Shown: piece after piece, positions 29,928-38,207 of the stretch
How the letters are laid out: each line of letters begins with the position of its first letter
Position numbering within the stretch: position 1 is the stretch's first letter
Source: Nitrospirota bacterium
Lineage (GTDB): Bacteria; Nitrospirota; Nitrospiria; Nitrospirales; NS-4
Assembly: GCA_963788195.1 (NCBI GenBank)
Contig: CAWBGA010000008.1
Location: 49,864-113,863, forward strand
DNA: 64,000 bases
Direction of reading: 5' to 3'
Made by a program: the position numbers and the translations under genes
Notes under the pieces: generated by a model
Told to the model about the DNA's origin: nothing
Databases searched by the model: none
What the model saw: only the letters and a program-made list of their open reading frames with translations

Positions 29928-30065
29928 TCAGACCGTCAACTTGTGCCGTCCTTTGGCCCGCCTGCGCGCTAGGACCCGGCGGCCAGCCTTCGAGCTCATC
30001 CGTTCGAGAAAACCATGAGTGCGTTTGCGCGCCTTATTGGACGGCTGCCGCATCGTCGAGGACAT
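29928..30065 (-). CDS. rpmH: 50S ribosomal protein L34 (45 aa; missing from the ORF track)
   Basis: Hand translation: [54 protein letters not shown]. Confidence 0.95.
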   Translation of the reverse strand: MSSTMRQPSNKARKRTHGFLERMSSKAGRRVLARRRAKGRHKLTV

Positions 30066-30127
30066 CTCAAACCTCCGTTTCCAAAAGCCCTGAGCGCTTC
30101 AGAGAAGCCTGTGCGTTTCGGTCGGTC

Positions 30128-30156
30128 ATTATAAGGTTCAGGTACCGCCCTGTCAA
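30128..30156 (-). promoter_or_regulatory. Consensus sigma70 promoter of the rpmH operon
   Basis: Minus strand TTGACA-17 nt-TATAAT, a perfect consensus. Confidence 0.85.
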
Positions 30157-30161
30157 ACTTC

Positions 30162-31157
30162 TCAGGGAGTCTCTTCCATGACGCCGCCGGTGCGCGCAAG
30201 ATCCTCGACTTTGATTTTGTCCGGCTTGAACTTGGCGAGCGCCAGCTCCATGCGCTGTAACACCTCCTCAAAGGCCAAAGGCTCCGCGTCCTTGGGACGA
30301 AACCGAATCGGATTGATGCGAGCCACCACGAAGCTCTTGAGGTATGGACTCGTCAGGCCTCGAGCCTTCAACGCTTCCACCTGCTCGACAACCTTATCGT
30401 CCAAGGCCAACAATGCCTTGGCCCGTTCTCGGCGGGTCTCGATCGCCGTGGACAGCGACCCCTTGAGGAACTGATCTGTCCGTCTCAGCACCGGATTGTA
30501 TGCGCCGCCACTGAAACGCGGCCGCTCTTCGTAGCAGAGTCCCAGGGTGATAAATGCGGGTTCTTCAAACTCGAGCGCATAGGTTTCCTCGCCGGCGTCA
30601 CCCATTAATGCCAGCTCCCTGTACATACGGATGACTTCCAACGCCTTATCCCGAAGGTTATGCGCCTTCTCCGTATTCAGCGCGAGAATCTGGAATGCGA
30701 CCGACGTCTCAGGGACCACCAACGCGACAATACTCTTTGCCCCAAGCGTGCGCATGGCCGATAGCCGGTGATTCCCATTTGGGGTCAAGTACTTTGCCGA
30801 GCCGTCCTCCTGACTACGCACCGCGATGACGGGGTCGAGAAATCGACCCAACTTTCCGATCACGGTTTCCAACTTGCGTAAATGACTCTCGGAGAGGTTG
30901 CGTTGATAGGGAGTCGGCTCTACCTTGTCGATCGGCAGCGCCGCCAAAATGACCCAACGTCCGGCAAACGGCTCTCGGTAGGTTGCGAGGACCTTGCCCG
31001 CGTCATCGGCGATCGCGCGCTGTAGCTCTGCTAAGTCTGGCGGTAGGCTTCCGTCCTGGAGCTCAGACGGCACCAGCCCCGTGGAGACGCCCGAGGGCTT
31101 TCTTCGACGACGCGGGGTTCCGGCCGTGCGGCGCTTTTTTGGTTTCTTCTCAGCCAT
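30162..31157 (-). CDS. ParB/Srx N-terminal domain protein (second ParB-like gene)
   Basis: LPIDKVEPTPYQR, FLDPVIAV, TPNGNHRL (variant GxxR), LALN; Lys/Arg-rich N-terminal tail. Confidence 0.8.
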   Translation of the reverse strand: MAEKKPKKRRTAGTPRRRRKPSGVSTGLVPSELQDGSLPPDLAELQRAIADDAGKVLATYREPFAGRWVILAALPIDKVEPTPYQRNLSESHLRKLETVIGKLGRFLDPVIAVRSQEDGSAKYLTPNGNHRLSAMRTLGAKSIVALVVPETSVAFQILALNTEKAHNLRDKALEVIRMYRELALMGDAGEETYALEFEEPAFITLGLCYEERPRFSGGAYNPVLRRTDQFLKGSLSTAIETRRERAKALLALDDKVVEQVEALKARGLTSPYLKSFVVARINPIRFRPKDAEPLAFEEVLQRMELALAKFKPDKIKVEDLARTGGVMEETP

Positions 31158-32304
31158 GCCGATTTGAGCCCTGCACCATCTTGAATTCAAAGAGGCGGCA
31201 TTCAAGGGGACCATTAAACAAGGGGGTGCGGCGCGAGGCGGCAAGCCCAATCAGCTTCGGCAACCGCAGGTCGGCAGTGAGAATATATGCACGCCAGCCT
31301 GCGAATCGCTGTTTGAGCGCATCGCCGAGGCGGGGATACAACGCCGCGAGTTCTGCTTCGTTCCCCACGCGCTCGCCGTACGGTGGATTCATCACAAGAA
31401 CGCCTCCGCCAGCCGGTGGCCACACATCCAGCACGTCTACCTGTTTCAGCCGGACAGCCTCCGCGAAGCCCGCGGCGCGAAGGTTCGTCTCGGCCGTTTT
31501 AAGCGCGATGGCATCTCGATCATAGCCATCAATTTGAAGAGGCTGGCTGGAAGTCTGACGCAAACGGCTCGTATCACACATGGCCCTCCACGCTTTCACA
31601 TCGAAGTTTTTTAAGTTTTCAAAAGCAAATCGACGACCCAGGCCAGGGGAGATGTTTCGCGCGATCTGTGCGGCTTCCATGAGAAGAGTCCCGCTTCCGC
31701 ACATGGGATCCAAGAACGGCTCGCCGGGGGCCCATCCGGAGAGCCCTATAATGCCGGCGGCTAGATTCTCCCGCATGGGCGCCTCACCGCTGGACTTTCG
31801 CAGTCCGCGCTTGAACAGCGGCTCCCCCGACGTATCAAGATAGAGTGTCATTTCCTGATGTCGCAGGAAAGCGTCGATGCGCATGCTGGGCTGGTGCGTG
31901 TTCACGTTGGGACGGCGCTGGGTAAGCACCTTGAATTTATCGCAGATCGCATCTTTTATCCGAAGCGTCACGAAGTCCAGGCTTTTGAGAGGACAGTGCT
32001 GCGCGCTGACCTTCACCTTGATGGTTTCATGCTCCGAGAACCAGTTGGACCAGGGTAAGGCATGCACCGCCGTGTAGATATCTTCTTCCGACCGATAGGA
32101 TCCATGGTGAACCCTCCACAGCACACGGCTTGCAATACGGCTGTCCAGGTTCACGCGGTAGCACGCAGTGAAGTCGCCTGAGAACGCCACGCCGCCCTGC
32201 GCCAAGCTCACCTGTTCCGCACCTAAACGCTCTAGCTCCACGGTTAGGATGGCCTCCAGTCCGCGAGGGCACGAGGCAAAAAAAGTGTGCCTGTTGTTCA
32301 ACAA
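31150..32304 (-). CDS. THUMP-domain RNA methyltransferase (RlmL-like, 23S m2G2445)
   Basis: FFASCPRGLE, LDTSGEPLFKRG, AP.RENLAA, DPMCGSGT, NPPYGER. Confidence 0.88.
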   Translation of the reverse strand: MLNNRHTFFASCPRGLEAILTVELERLGAEQVSLAQGGVAFSGDFTACYRVNLDSRIASRVLWRVHHGSYRSEEDIYTAVHALPWSNWFSEHETIKVKVSAQHCPLKSLDFVTLRIKDAICDKFKVLTQRRPNVNTHQPSMRIDAFLRHQEMTLYLDTSGEPLFKRGLRKSSGEAPMRENLAAGIIGLSGWAPGEPFLDPMCGSGTLLMEAAQIARNISPGLGRRFAFENLKNFDVKAWRAMCDTSRLRQTSSQPLQIDGYDRDAIALKTAETNLRAAGFAEAVRLKQVDVLDVWPPAGGGVLVMNPPYGERVGNEAELAALYPRLGDALKQRFAGWRAYILTADLRLPKLIGLAASRRTPLFNGPLECRLFEFKMVQGSNRHG

Positions 32305-32438
32305 ATTAATTTCGCGAGGCGGACATTGGTTGACTACACATAAGTCGATTAATCAGCAGACCATACATTATTCAAGCCAAATGCAGGACTTTCTAATGCA
32401 TTGTAGGCTGGCCCGGGCACACCAAGAACCAGCGGCGC

Positions 32439-33710
32439 CTATTTATCCCTTTCAATGTTGGATTCGGGAGCCGTAAGAACCAGCAACGGATTCGGCGCCG
32501 TGGAGGCTGTCTTCGTCTTTGCAAATGCGGGACCGATTTTTCCCGCGCCCAAGATCATTCTCTTCGCATTGCGTTCCAGGATCTCCCGGATCGGATCCAG
32601 CTTCAGCGAGGCATAGCGGGCGGTCGTGGCCGGGCTTCGGTGATTTAAAACTTGGCCGATGAGCGATACACTTTCTCCTGCGGCCGCCAGCCAGGCGCCA
32701 AAGGTTCGGCGGAGGTCCTGCACACGCACGTCGGCGATATTGGCCTTCACTCGAATGCGCTGCCACGCGCGTTTGATGTTCACCAGATGTCCCTTGCTGC
32801 CCTCGCTTACAAATACGTAGGGGTTGTTTTCAATCTTGGGCAAGTGTTGCAACAGCGAGCGGAGATCCGCTGGTAGCGGAACCGTATGGGGCGGTCCGCC
32901 TCTAATTTGAGGCACACGCCAGACTTGCTGTTTGAAATCAAGATCCTCCCATTTCATCTCGAGGATCTCATGTCGCCTGGCGCCGGTTAGAATGGCCGTC
33001 ACGAATGCCGCCCGCGCGTATTCATTCTGTTCTTCCTTCAATGCTTCAAAGACACGCGGGAGTTCCTCCGGAAGCAGATATCGCTGCCGTTTCTCTTCGG
33101 GATGGAAGACAATGGTGGCGGCAGGATTGTCTCCCGAAAATAGCCCCCACTCCATCGCTAGGTTGAACATTTTGCGTACAAGAGCGACGGCACGGTTGGC
33201 CTGGTAGGGCGCTGTGGTCCCCAGCTCTGAGTGGACATGCTGAATGTCATGCGCCGTAATCTCTGACAACGGGCGCGGCCTCAGCGCGTGGAGATGATTT
33301 CGAAGGACTGCCCGGTCATTTCGGGCAGATCGCTTTGTCGATGCGTGTCGCTCAAGATAGAGATCCGCCAGCTCCCCAAATGTCCGCTTCTTCCGCAATC
33401 GTCCCGGGACGGTTCCCTGCGAAACTTCTTGAGTCATGCGGACTGCTTGTTGGCGGGCCTCGTTTGCAGTTAAGGAACCTATCCTGCCCAAAGTCACGCG
33501 CCGCATGCTCCCCTGTACCCGTTTTTCGAACACGAACGATTTGCTCGCCTTCGTCACGCGTAGCGCGAAGCCTGGGAGTTCTGAATCGCGGATGAACTTC
33601 TGCCCCGTTGGAACGTGCGGTGTAGCGTCAGCCAATGACTGGGTCAAATGAACCCGGGAAAAGGACGCGTCTTGGCGCGGCCGGGGCGGGGGGGTGTCGT
33701 GTGTAGGCAT
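32439..33710 (-). CDS. Tyrosine recombinase/phage-type integrase with an N-terminal arm-DNA-binding domain; catalytic motifs partly altered
   Basis: RDSELPGFALRV...RRVTLG...EAR (arm-binding domain); TGARRHE, QDLRRT, LNH...TTARY. Start codon uncertain. Confidence 0.88.
   Translation of the reverse strand: MPTHDTPPPRPRQDASFSRVHLTQSLADATPHVPTGQKFIRDSELPGFALRVTKASKSFVFEKRVQGSMRRVTLGRIGSLTANEARQQAVRMTQEVSQGTVPGRLRKKRTFGELADLYLERHASTKRSARNDRAVLRNHLHALRPRPLSEITAHDIQHVHSELGTTAPYQANRAVALVRKMFNLAMEWGLFSGDNPAATIVFHPEEKRQRYLLPEELPRVFEALKEEQNEYARAAFVTAILTGARRHEILEMKWEDLDFKQQVWRVPQIRGGPPHTVPLPADLRSLLQHLPKIENNPYVFVSEGSKGHLVNIKRAWQRIRVKANIADVRVQDLRRTFGAWLAAAGESVSLIGQVLNHRSPATTARYASLKLDPIREILERNAKRMILGAGKIGPAFAKTKTASTAPNPLLVLTAPESNIERDK
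33654..33697 (-). repeat. GCCAAGAC-loop repeat copy inside the 5' end of the integrase ORF
   Basis: Minus strand ACACCCCCCCGCCCC-GGCCGCG-CCAAGA-CGCGTCC-TTTTCCCGGG. Confidence 0.75.
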
Positions 33711-33857
33711 CAGAGGCCTGCTACTGTGACCACATACCAATGAAATGTCAATACGGCGACGATTCATTTAAGACCAAAAATCAGCAGGCCGGAGAAAGCT
33801 AGGCAGGTCCGGCAAGCGTGAGGGGATCGCATGCAGGAACGTGTGCGGGTTAATAGC

Positions 33858-34247
33858 TTAGCGTTGGTAGGTTTCTACTGCTGACAGGACGATCTGGTAC
33901 ATTCGATGGCATCCGCCGCACCTGAGCTTGACCAAATCATTGGTCACATCCATGTTGCTGACGCGTAAATCTGCCGGGTGTTCGCCCGCGCATCCCGACA
34001 ACTGACTCATTGCATCGGTCTCGGTTTCTTCTTGCTGGCCCAGGCGTGAGGTGAGTCTTTCGATGGCCAATCGATGGCGCATCTGACACACATCGCAGGT
34101 CACCACAACTCTATACTCTAAAGACCCACCTTTGGCAGGTTCGGGGCCGGTGGGGGGTGGAATAACCGTGAGCGACTTAACCTTCAAAGAACCGGGATGG
34201 GATGAGTAGCACTGCTGCGCGAACGCGCCACTTCTGAAGGTCGGCAT
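33858..34247 (-). CDS. Small protein with a duplicated C-x3-H / CxxC putative Zn-binding module
   Basis: CYSSHP...CDVC and CAGEHP...CGGC. Confidence 0.7.
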   Translation of the reverse strand: MPTFRSGAFAQQCYSSHPGSLKVKSLTVIPPPTGPEPAKGGSLEYRVVVTCDVCQMRHRLAIERLTSRLGQQEETETDAMSQLSGCAGEHPADLRVSNMDVTNDLVKLRCGGCHRMYQIVLSAVETYQR

Positions 34248-34257
34248 TCGCTCTTCC

Positions 34258-34662
34258 TTAGATTGCTTGTACAGTGCCCTGCATTGCGTGTCCGTTTATA
34301 TTGCACTGGTACGTGTAAGTCCGGCCCTTGACCGCATAGTACCAGATTACAGCTTCCTCACCTGGAAAAAGCAGGACTCGGGTTACCTTCTTTCCGTTGT
34401 ATTCAACCGTGCCCGTTCCCTGGACCGAGATCAACGTGCCGGATTCAAAAAGATCCGGTGAGAGTACTTCATGCTCAATTGGCCCTGCCTCACGGTTTTG
34501 TACTATGAGCACCGCAAACCCGTCGCCGGGCACCTGAACGCTATCGGGATGAAAACTGAGCTGTTCAATCTGGATAAGATGGCCAGGGCGAAGCGCTGCA
34601 TCCGCCGGAAGTCCGGCGGTTATCACGAGGGCCAACCAAAGACTCGCCCACGCGCTTTTCAT
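34258..34662 (-). CDS. Secreted cupredoxin-like (type 1 copper) protein
   Basis: Signal peptide; FHPDSVQV, IEHEV, YQCNINGHAMQG. Confidence 0.75.
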   Translation of the reverse strand: MKSAWASLWLALVITAGLPADAALRPGHLIQIEQLSFHPDSVQVPGDGFAVLIVQNREAGPIEHEVLSPDLFESGTLISVQGTGTVEYNGKKVTRVLLFPGEEAVIWYYAVKGRTYTYQCNINGHAMQGTVQAI

Positions 34663-34827
34663 CGAGATCCATCCCTCGCTCTATTATATCTTTTCTGCAA
34701 TCGCATCGGTCTGCCTCAAGGAAATAGATTCCCCAGTGTTGGAGAACAGTCCCCCACTAGTAGTATTCCAGGTCTTTTCAACAATCGGTTACGCTTAGAG
34801 TTAATCAACAATTAGAGGAGAAAAATC

Positions 34828-35217
34828 ATGGCGTACCGAATTGTCCTCGGTCTATTTGCGGTTCTGATGTGTTTCGCAGTGAACCGGACAGTCCAAGCTG
34901 CTGATCTAGAGTTACAAGTGGTCGACAAGGACTGCTGGGTTGAGATTTTTGAAGATGAAAAATTTGACATGGATGACCCTCATGTCAAAGTCATGGGTCC
35001 AGCGGAATTTGCGTCTCTGAAGGATCTTAGCGGCAGGGACTGGAACAATGATATCGAGAGTATCGTTATCGGCCCGAATGCGACCGTGTGGGCTTACAAG
35101 GACAAGGATTTTAAGGGGACGGAATTGGCCTTTACTCCCGGCCAGCGTGTGCCTGACCTCTCAAAACTAAAAATGGGGAACGACATCGAGTCCATGAAGA
35201 TCAAGTGCGGTAAGTAG
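34828..35217 (+). CDS. Secreted beta/gamma-crystallin domain protein
   Basis: CWVEIFEDEKF, WNNDIESI, AYKDKDFKG, GNDIESMKI Greek-key pattern; GAGGAG RBS. Confidence 0.82.
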   Translation: MAYRIVLGLFAVLMCFAVNRTVQAADLELQVVDKDCWVEIFEDEKFDMDDPHVKVMGPAEFASLKDLSGRDWNNDIESIVIGPNATVWAYKDKDFKGTELAFTPGQRVPDLSKLKMGNDIESMKIKCGK

Positions 35218-35242
35218 AGAGGCTGGGTGCACCGTTCTCTCG

Positions 35243-35385
35243 TTACACTCGCCCTGGATCTGCCAAACAGATTCCGGGGCGGGCGGGTGCAGGGGCAAAG
35301 AAGTCTGTCCCGGCAGACTTCAGGGCGGGCGGGTGCAGGGGCAAAGAAGTCTGTCCCGGCAGACTTCAGGGTGGGCGGGTGTAAT
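35243..35385. repeat. Repeat cluster: one plus-oriented hairpin followed by about 2.4 tandem 46-bp minus-oriented units
   Basis: GGGCGGGCGGGTGCAGGGGCAAAGAAGTCTGTCCCGGCAGACTTCA at 35277 and 35323, partial copy at 35369; GGATCTG-CCAAA-CAGATTCC at 35256. Confidence 0.9.
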
Positions 35386-35398
35386 ATCAGTCGGCCAC

Positions 35399-35968
35399 TC
35401 ATTTTGGTGCTGCCGGTTTTTCTACTTTTAGGATCTTCACATCGAACACGAGATTTTTTCCCGCCAGCGGGTGATTCATATCAAGTACTACCGCGTCGCC
35501 GCCGACCGCAAGCACCGTGGCCGTCAATCCGTCCTGAGTCTGCAGTACGGACCCCACTTTAGTCTCAGGCGGCACGTTAACCTTCGGGACCTTGACCTTT
35601 TTCTTTTGTTCGTATGGACCATAGGCTTCGGCTGCCGCCAAGGAAATACGCTTTTGGTCGCCTGCCTTGAGCCCTGTCAGACCTTTTTCCAATGCGGCAG
35701 GGCTGATTTGATTCTCACCGTGAGTATAGGAGAAAGGTTCCTTGCCGACAGTACTATCGGCGATAGTCTTGTCTGGAAGGATCACACTGTACTCCAAAGT
35801 CACCCTCAAGCCGTCGGCTATCTCCAAAGTCTTTTGGCCGAGACCCGGTGATGCCAGAGTAATCAGACAAATTAAGAGAGCAGCCGCGACCTTGTCTTTT
35901 GGATAGAATCTCAGGTTTTCGCCCTTTCCTAAATCCGAAGTCAATGATTGGCACGAAGCTTCCTGCAT
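35399..35968 (-). CDS. FKBP-type peptidyl-prolyl isomerase (SlyD-like), probably exported; start uncertain
   Basis: VTLEY, DST...PF, LEKGL.G, AYG, LDMNHPLAGKNLVFDVKI. Confidence 0.88.
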   Translation of the reverse strand: MQEASCQSLTSDLGKGENLRFYPKDKVAAALLICLITLASPGLGQKTLEIADGLRVTLEYSVILPDKTIADSTVGKEPFSYTHGENQISPAALEKGLTGLKAGDQKRISLAAAEAYGPYEQKKKVKVPKVNVPPETKVGSVLQTQDGLTATVLAVGGDAVVLDMNHPLAGKNLVFDVKILKVEKPAAPK

Positions 35969-36111
35969 TCTTTACCCGCGTCGCCTCGGAGTTAGCTTGG
36001 TTAGTTGAAAGGGTTGCCGGAAGCGACGCGCCTGATCGAAAATATACCGACTCGCAATGTGTCCAAACAAGCGTCGGGTTAGGCTAGGAAGGGTCCGAGC
36101 GGGATACCTTA

Positions 36112-36141
36112 GGCGTGGGAAAGGTCGCCCTTCCCCACGCC
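36112..36141 (-). terminator. Stem-loop after the BON gene
   Basis: GGCGTGGG...CCCACGCC inverted repeat. Confidence 0.45.
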
Positions 36142-36157
36142 GATGGTACTGGCGCGA

Positions 36158-36469
36158 CTACTGTGGGCGCACTTCCAGATTATTTTTGACCTCTTTGACG
36201 CCCTCCACACCACGGGCAACTTCGGTTGCCCGGCGCTTATCCTCAGCGCTCCGGACAATTCCCGTCAGATGCACTGTCTTATCGACAGTCTTGACATTGA
36301 CTTCTGTCAACGTGCCGGCCCTTTCAGCTGCCATCTTAGTCTTTACCGCTGAAGTGATGCCGGTGTCGGTCAGGTGCTCTGCTGTTGTCTCGCCAGTCAT
36401 CGACTGGCATCCAGCAGCGACGAACATAAATATCACCGCAACCGCGAAATGAGTTAACGATCGGAACAT
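36158..36469 (-). CDS. BON-domain lipoprotein
   Basis: Lipobox AAGC; D..IT..VK, V.LTG.V, GV..V.N.L; GGAGG RBS. Confidence 0.88.
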   Translation of the reverse strand: MFRSLTHFAVAVIFMFVAAGCQSMTGETTAEHLTDTGITSAVKTKMAAERAGTLTEVNVKTVDKTVHLTGIVRSAEDKRRATEVARGVEGVKEVKNNLEVRPQ

Positions 36470-36662
36470 TCAGGCCTCCTTGGGAAAAAGTTGATAATCA
36501 AAAAGAGGCTAGCTTTTGAAGGATAGGCAGTCGATACCACGAAGGTGGGGCGAAGTATGCGACGGTGTGAAAACCTCCGCTAAATTGGGCTCGACACAAC
36601 CTCCACTGAATCGATAAATTTGTCCATTGCATCTAGCTGACCGCGGGAGCATTCTTCGGTCA

Positions 36663-36827
36663 ATGGAAATAATCCTACCACCCGTTCTTTTTACCGTCTT
36701 GACATGGGGGGTCGTCAGTCTGGCCGTCGTACGAGAAAACCGCCGCGAACGCGAACGCCAAGTTCTGCTCAATACTCCCCGCCGATCCTATGCCGCTACA
36801 TCCCCAGCAGAAACGAAGGCCGCCTAA
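36663..36827 (+). CDS. Possible small single-TM protein (54 aa)
   Basis: MEIILPPVLFTVLTWGVVSLAVV followed by a charged tail. Confidence 0.4.
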   Translation: MEIILPPVLFTVLTWGVVSLAVVRENRRERERQVLLNTPRRSYAATSPAETKAA

Positions 36828-36937
36828 CCGACCGGTTTCAGTTTCACCCTGATCCTTGGTCTCGCCCGATTCTGCATAAGGCCCACCGTATGTGAAGCTT
36901 CTCGTGAGAAGTAGGAACTGGCGTCTATAACGGAACG

Positions 36938-37015
36938 TGGGGTGGGTAAGGGGTTTCGAACCCCCGACCTCCGGATCCACAATCCGGCGCTCTAACCAAC
37001 TGAGCTATACCCACC
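36938..37015 (-). tRNA. tRNA-His (GTG)
   Basis: GGTGGGTATAGCTCAGTTGGTTAGAGCGCCGGATTGTGGATCCGGAGGTCGGGGGTTCGAAACCCCTTACCCACCCCA; anticodon GTG, encoded G-1:C73 pair, CCA end. Confidence 0.97.
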
Positions 37016-37100
37016 ATTTCAGGAAGTTCACTGGGAAGGAAAGAATAATATCAAAACGCTGCCGTCAGGCGCAACCGCCAAGCAGAGCTTGCTCGACGTT

Positions 37101-37435
37101 GCACCCAGCCCACCCCCGAGCTTGCCAAGACAAGCTCGTTTTCCCGTGCAGGCCTGATGATTATATAAGGCCGCCGGGGAAGTAATGAATCTTTTCATCT
37201 TCACACTTTCCTGTCCAAAGATTGCCAAGACACGCTCCGCTTTTGGATGTCAGCCGCCCACTACACCCTCCCGTCCCCGGACGCCATTTCACCCACCCAG
37301 CCCCGCGGCTGCCGAGACAGCCGCTGTTCCCGTGAGACGCGTCCTGTTCCCGTGGCCTGGAATCTGCCGGGACAGATTTCTTTGCCATTACACCCGCCCA
37401 CCCTGAAATCTGCCGGGACAGATTTCTTTGCCCCT
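37101..37435 (+). repeat. Largest mosaic array of the GCCRRGAC-loop hairpin family
   Basis: Hairpins at 37118, 37305, 37359 and 37405, half-sites at 37224 and 37334, and the AGGCCTGATGA module at 37150. Confidence 0.9.
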
Positions 37436-38136
37436 CATCTGCAGGCGGCGGCGATTTCCTCTTGAATTGCGCGCGCGGCGGCGGCGGGGTCTTGTGCGTT
37501 GCGGATGGGTCGTCCAACCACCAGATAGTCTGCCCCGGCAGCCAGAGCGAGGGTCGGCGTTGACACGCTCGCCTGATCATCAGGTGAGGTACCGGCTGGT
37601 CGAATGCCCGGCGTCACAAGGAGAGCTTTGTTGCCGACCGTCATCCGGATTATTTCCAGTTGAATGCCTGACGCGATGAGGCCGTCCGCACCACAGGCAG
37701 TTGCCAGCCGCGCCCGTCGAAGGACGGCATTCGGCATTGATTCCGGAATGCCAAGTTCTTCCAGATCGGAGTCTACAAAATTGGTCAGAATCGTCACCGC
37801 GAGAATCTTCAACTGGCTGGCTCCTCGGCCTTCCACGGCAGCGCGAACCGTTTTGCTGCCGGTGTGTGTCGTGATGAATCTCACCCCAAGCTCCGCCGCC
37901 GCCGCGGTGGCTCGCTTCACGGTTTCACCAATATCGAAGAGTTTGAGATCAAGAAAAACTTGCTTACCATTCTGAATCGCCCATCGCGCAATGTCCGGAC
38001 CCGCCGCCGTAAACAGCTCAAGCCCGATTTTCACGAAAGCTATCTCCTGACCTACCCGGTCTACCAGTCGCTTTGCCTCATCGGCCGAAGCCACATCCAG
38101 CGCCAGTATCAGTCTGTCGCGCGAATTAACGTCCAT
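37435..38136 (-). CDS. pyrF: Orotidine-5'-phosphate decarboxylase
   Basis: LILALD, FLDLKLFDIGETV (DxKxxD), TPGIR, VVGRPI. Confidence 0.96.
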   Translation of the reverse strand: MDVNSRDRLILALDVASADEAKRLVDRVGQEIAFVKIGLELFTAAGPDIARWAIQNGKQVFLDLKLFDIGETVKRATAAAAELGVRFITTHTGSKTVRAAVEGRGASQLKILAVTILTNFVDSDLEELGIPESMPNAVLRRARLATACGADGLIASGIQLEIIRMTVGNKALLVTPGIRPAGTSPDDQASVSTPTLALAAGADYLVVGRPIRNAQDPAAAARAIQEEIAAACR

Positions 38137-38207
38137 GTCGGTGTTTTCTTGACTTCAATCAACCCCCTATGTTACGGATCGTGCTTCGTCTCATTGAGGA
38201 ACGCGTC

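Noticed and set aside
30066..30161. oriC next to rpmH
   Set aside because: The gap is short and occupied by the rpmH promoter; no DnaA boxes or dnaA were seen.
33895..33925. CGGCH as a heme c attachment site
   Set aside because: There is no signal peptide, and the motif aligns with the CDVC repeat in the first half, favouring a Zn site.
35277..35385. CRISPR array
   Set aside because: The units are contiguous tandem copies with no unique spacers, and there are no cas genes in the window.
32305..36938. Genomic island or prophage integrated at tRNA-His
   Set aside because: No duplicated tRNA 3' end was found near the integrase, there are no phage or conjugation genes, and the cargo looks host-like.
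37150..37203. Hammerhead ribozyme suggested by CTGATGA (also at 21339)
   Set aside because: No GAAA follows a plausible stem II and no stem III or cleavage triplet can be formed.
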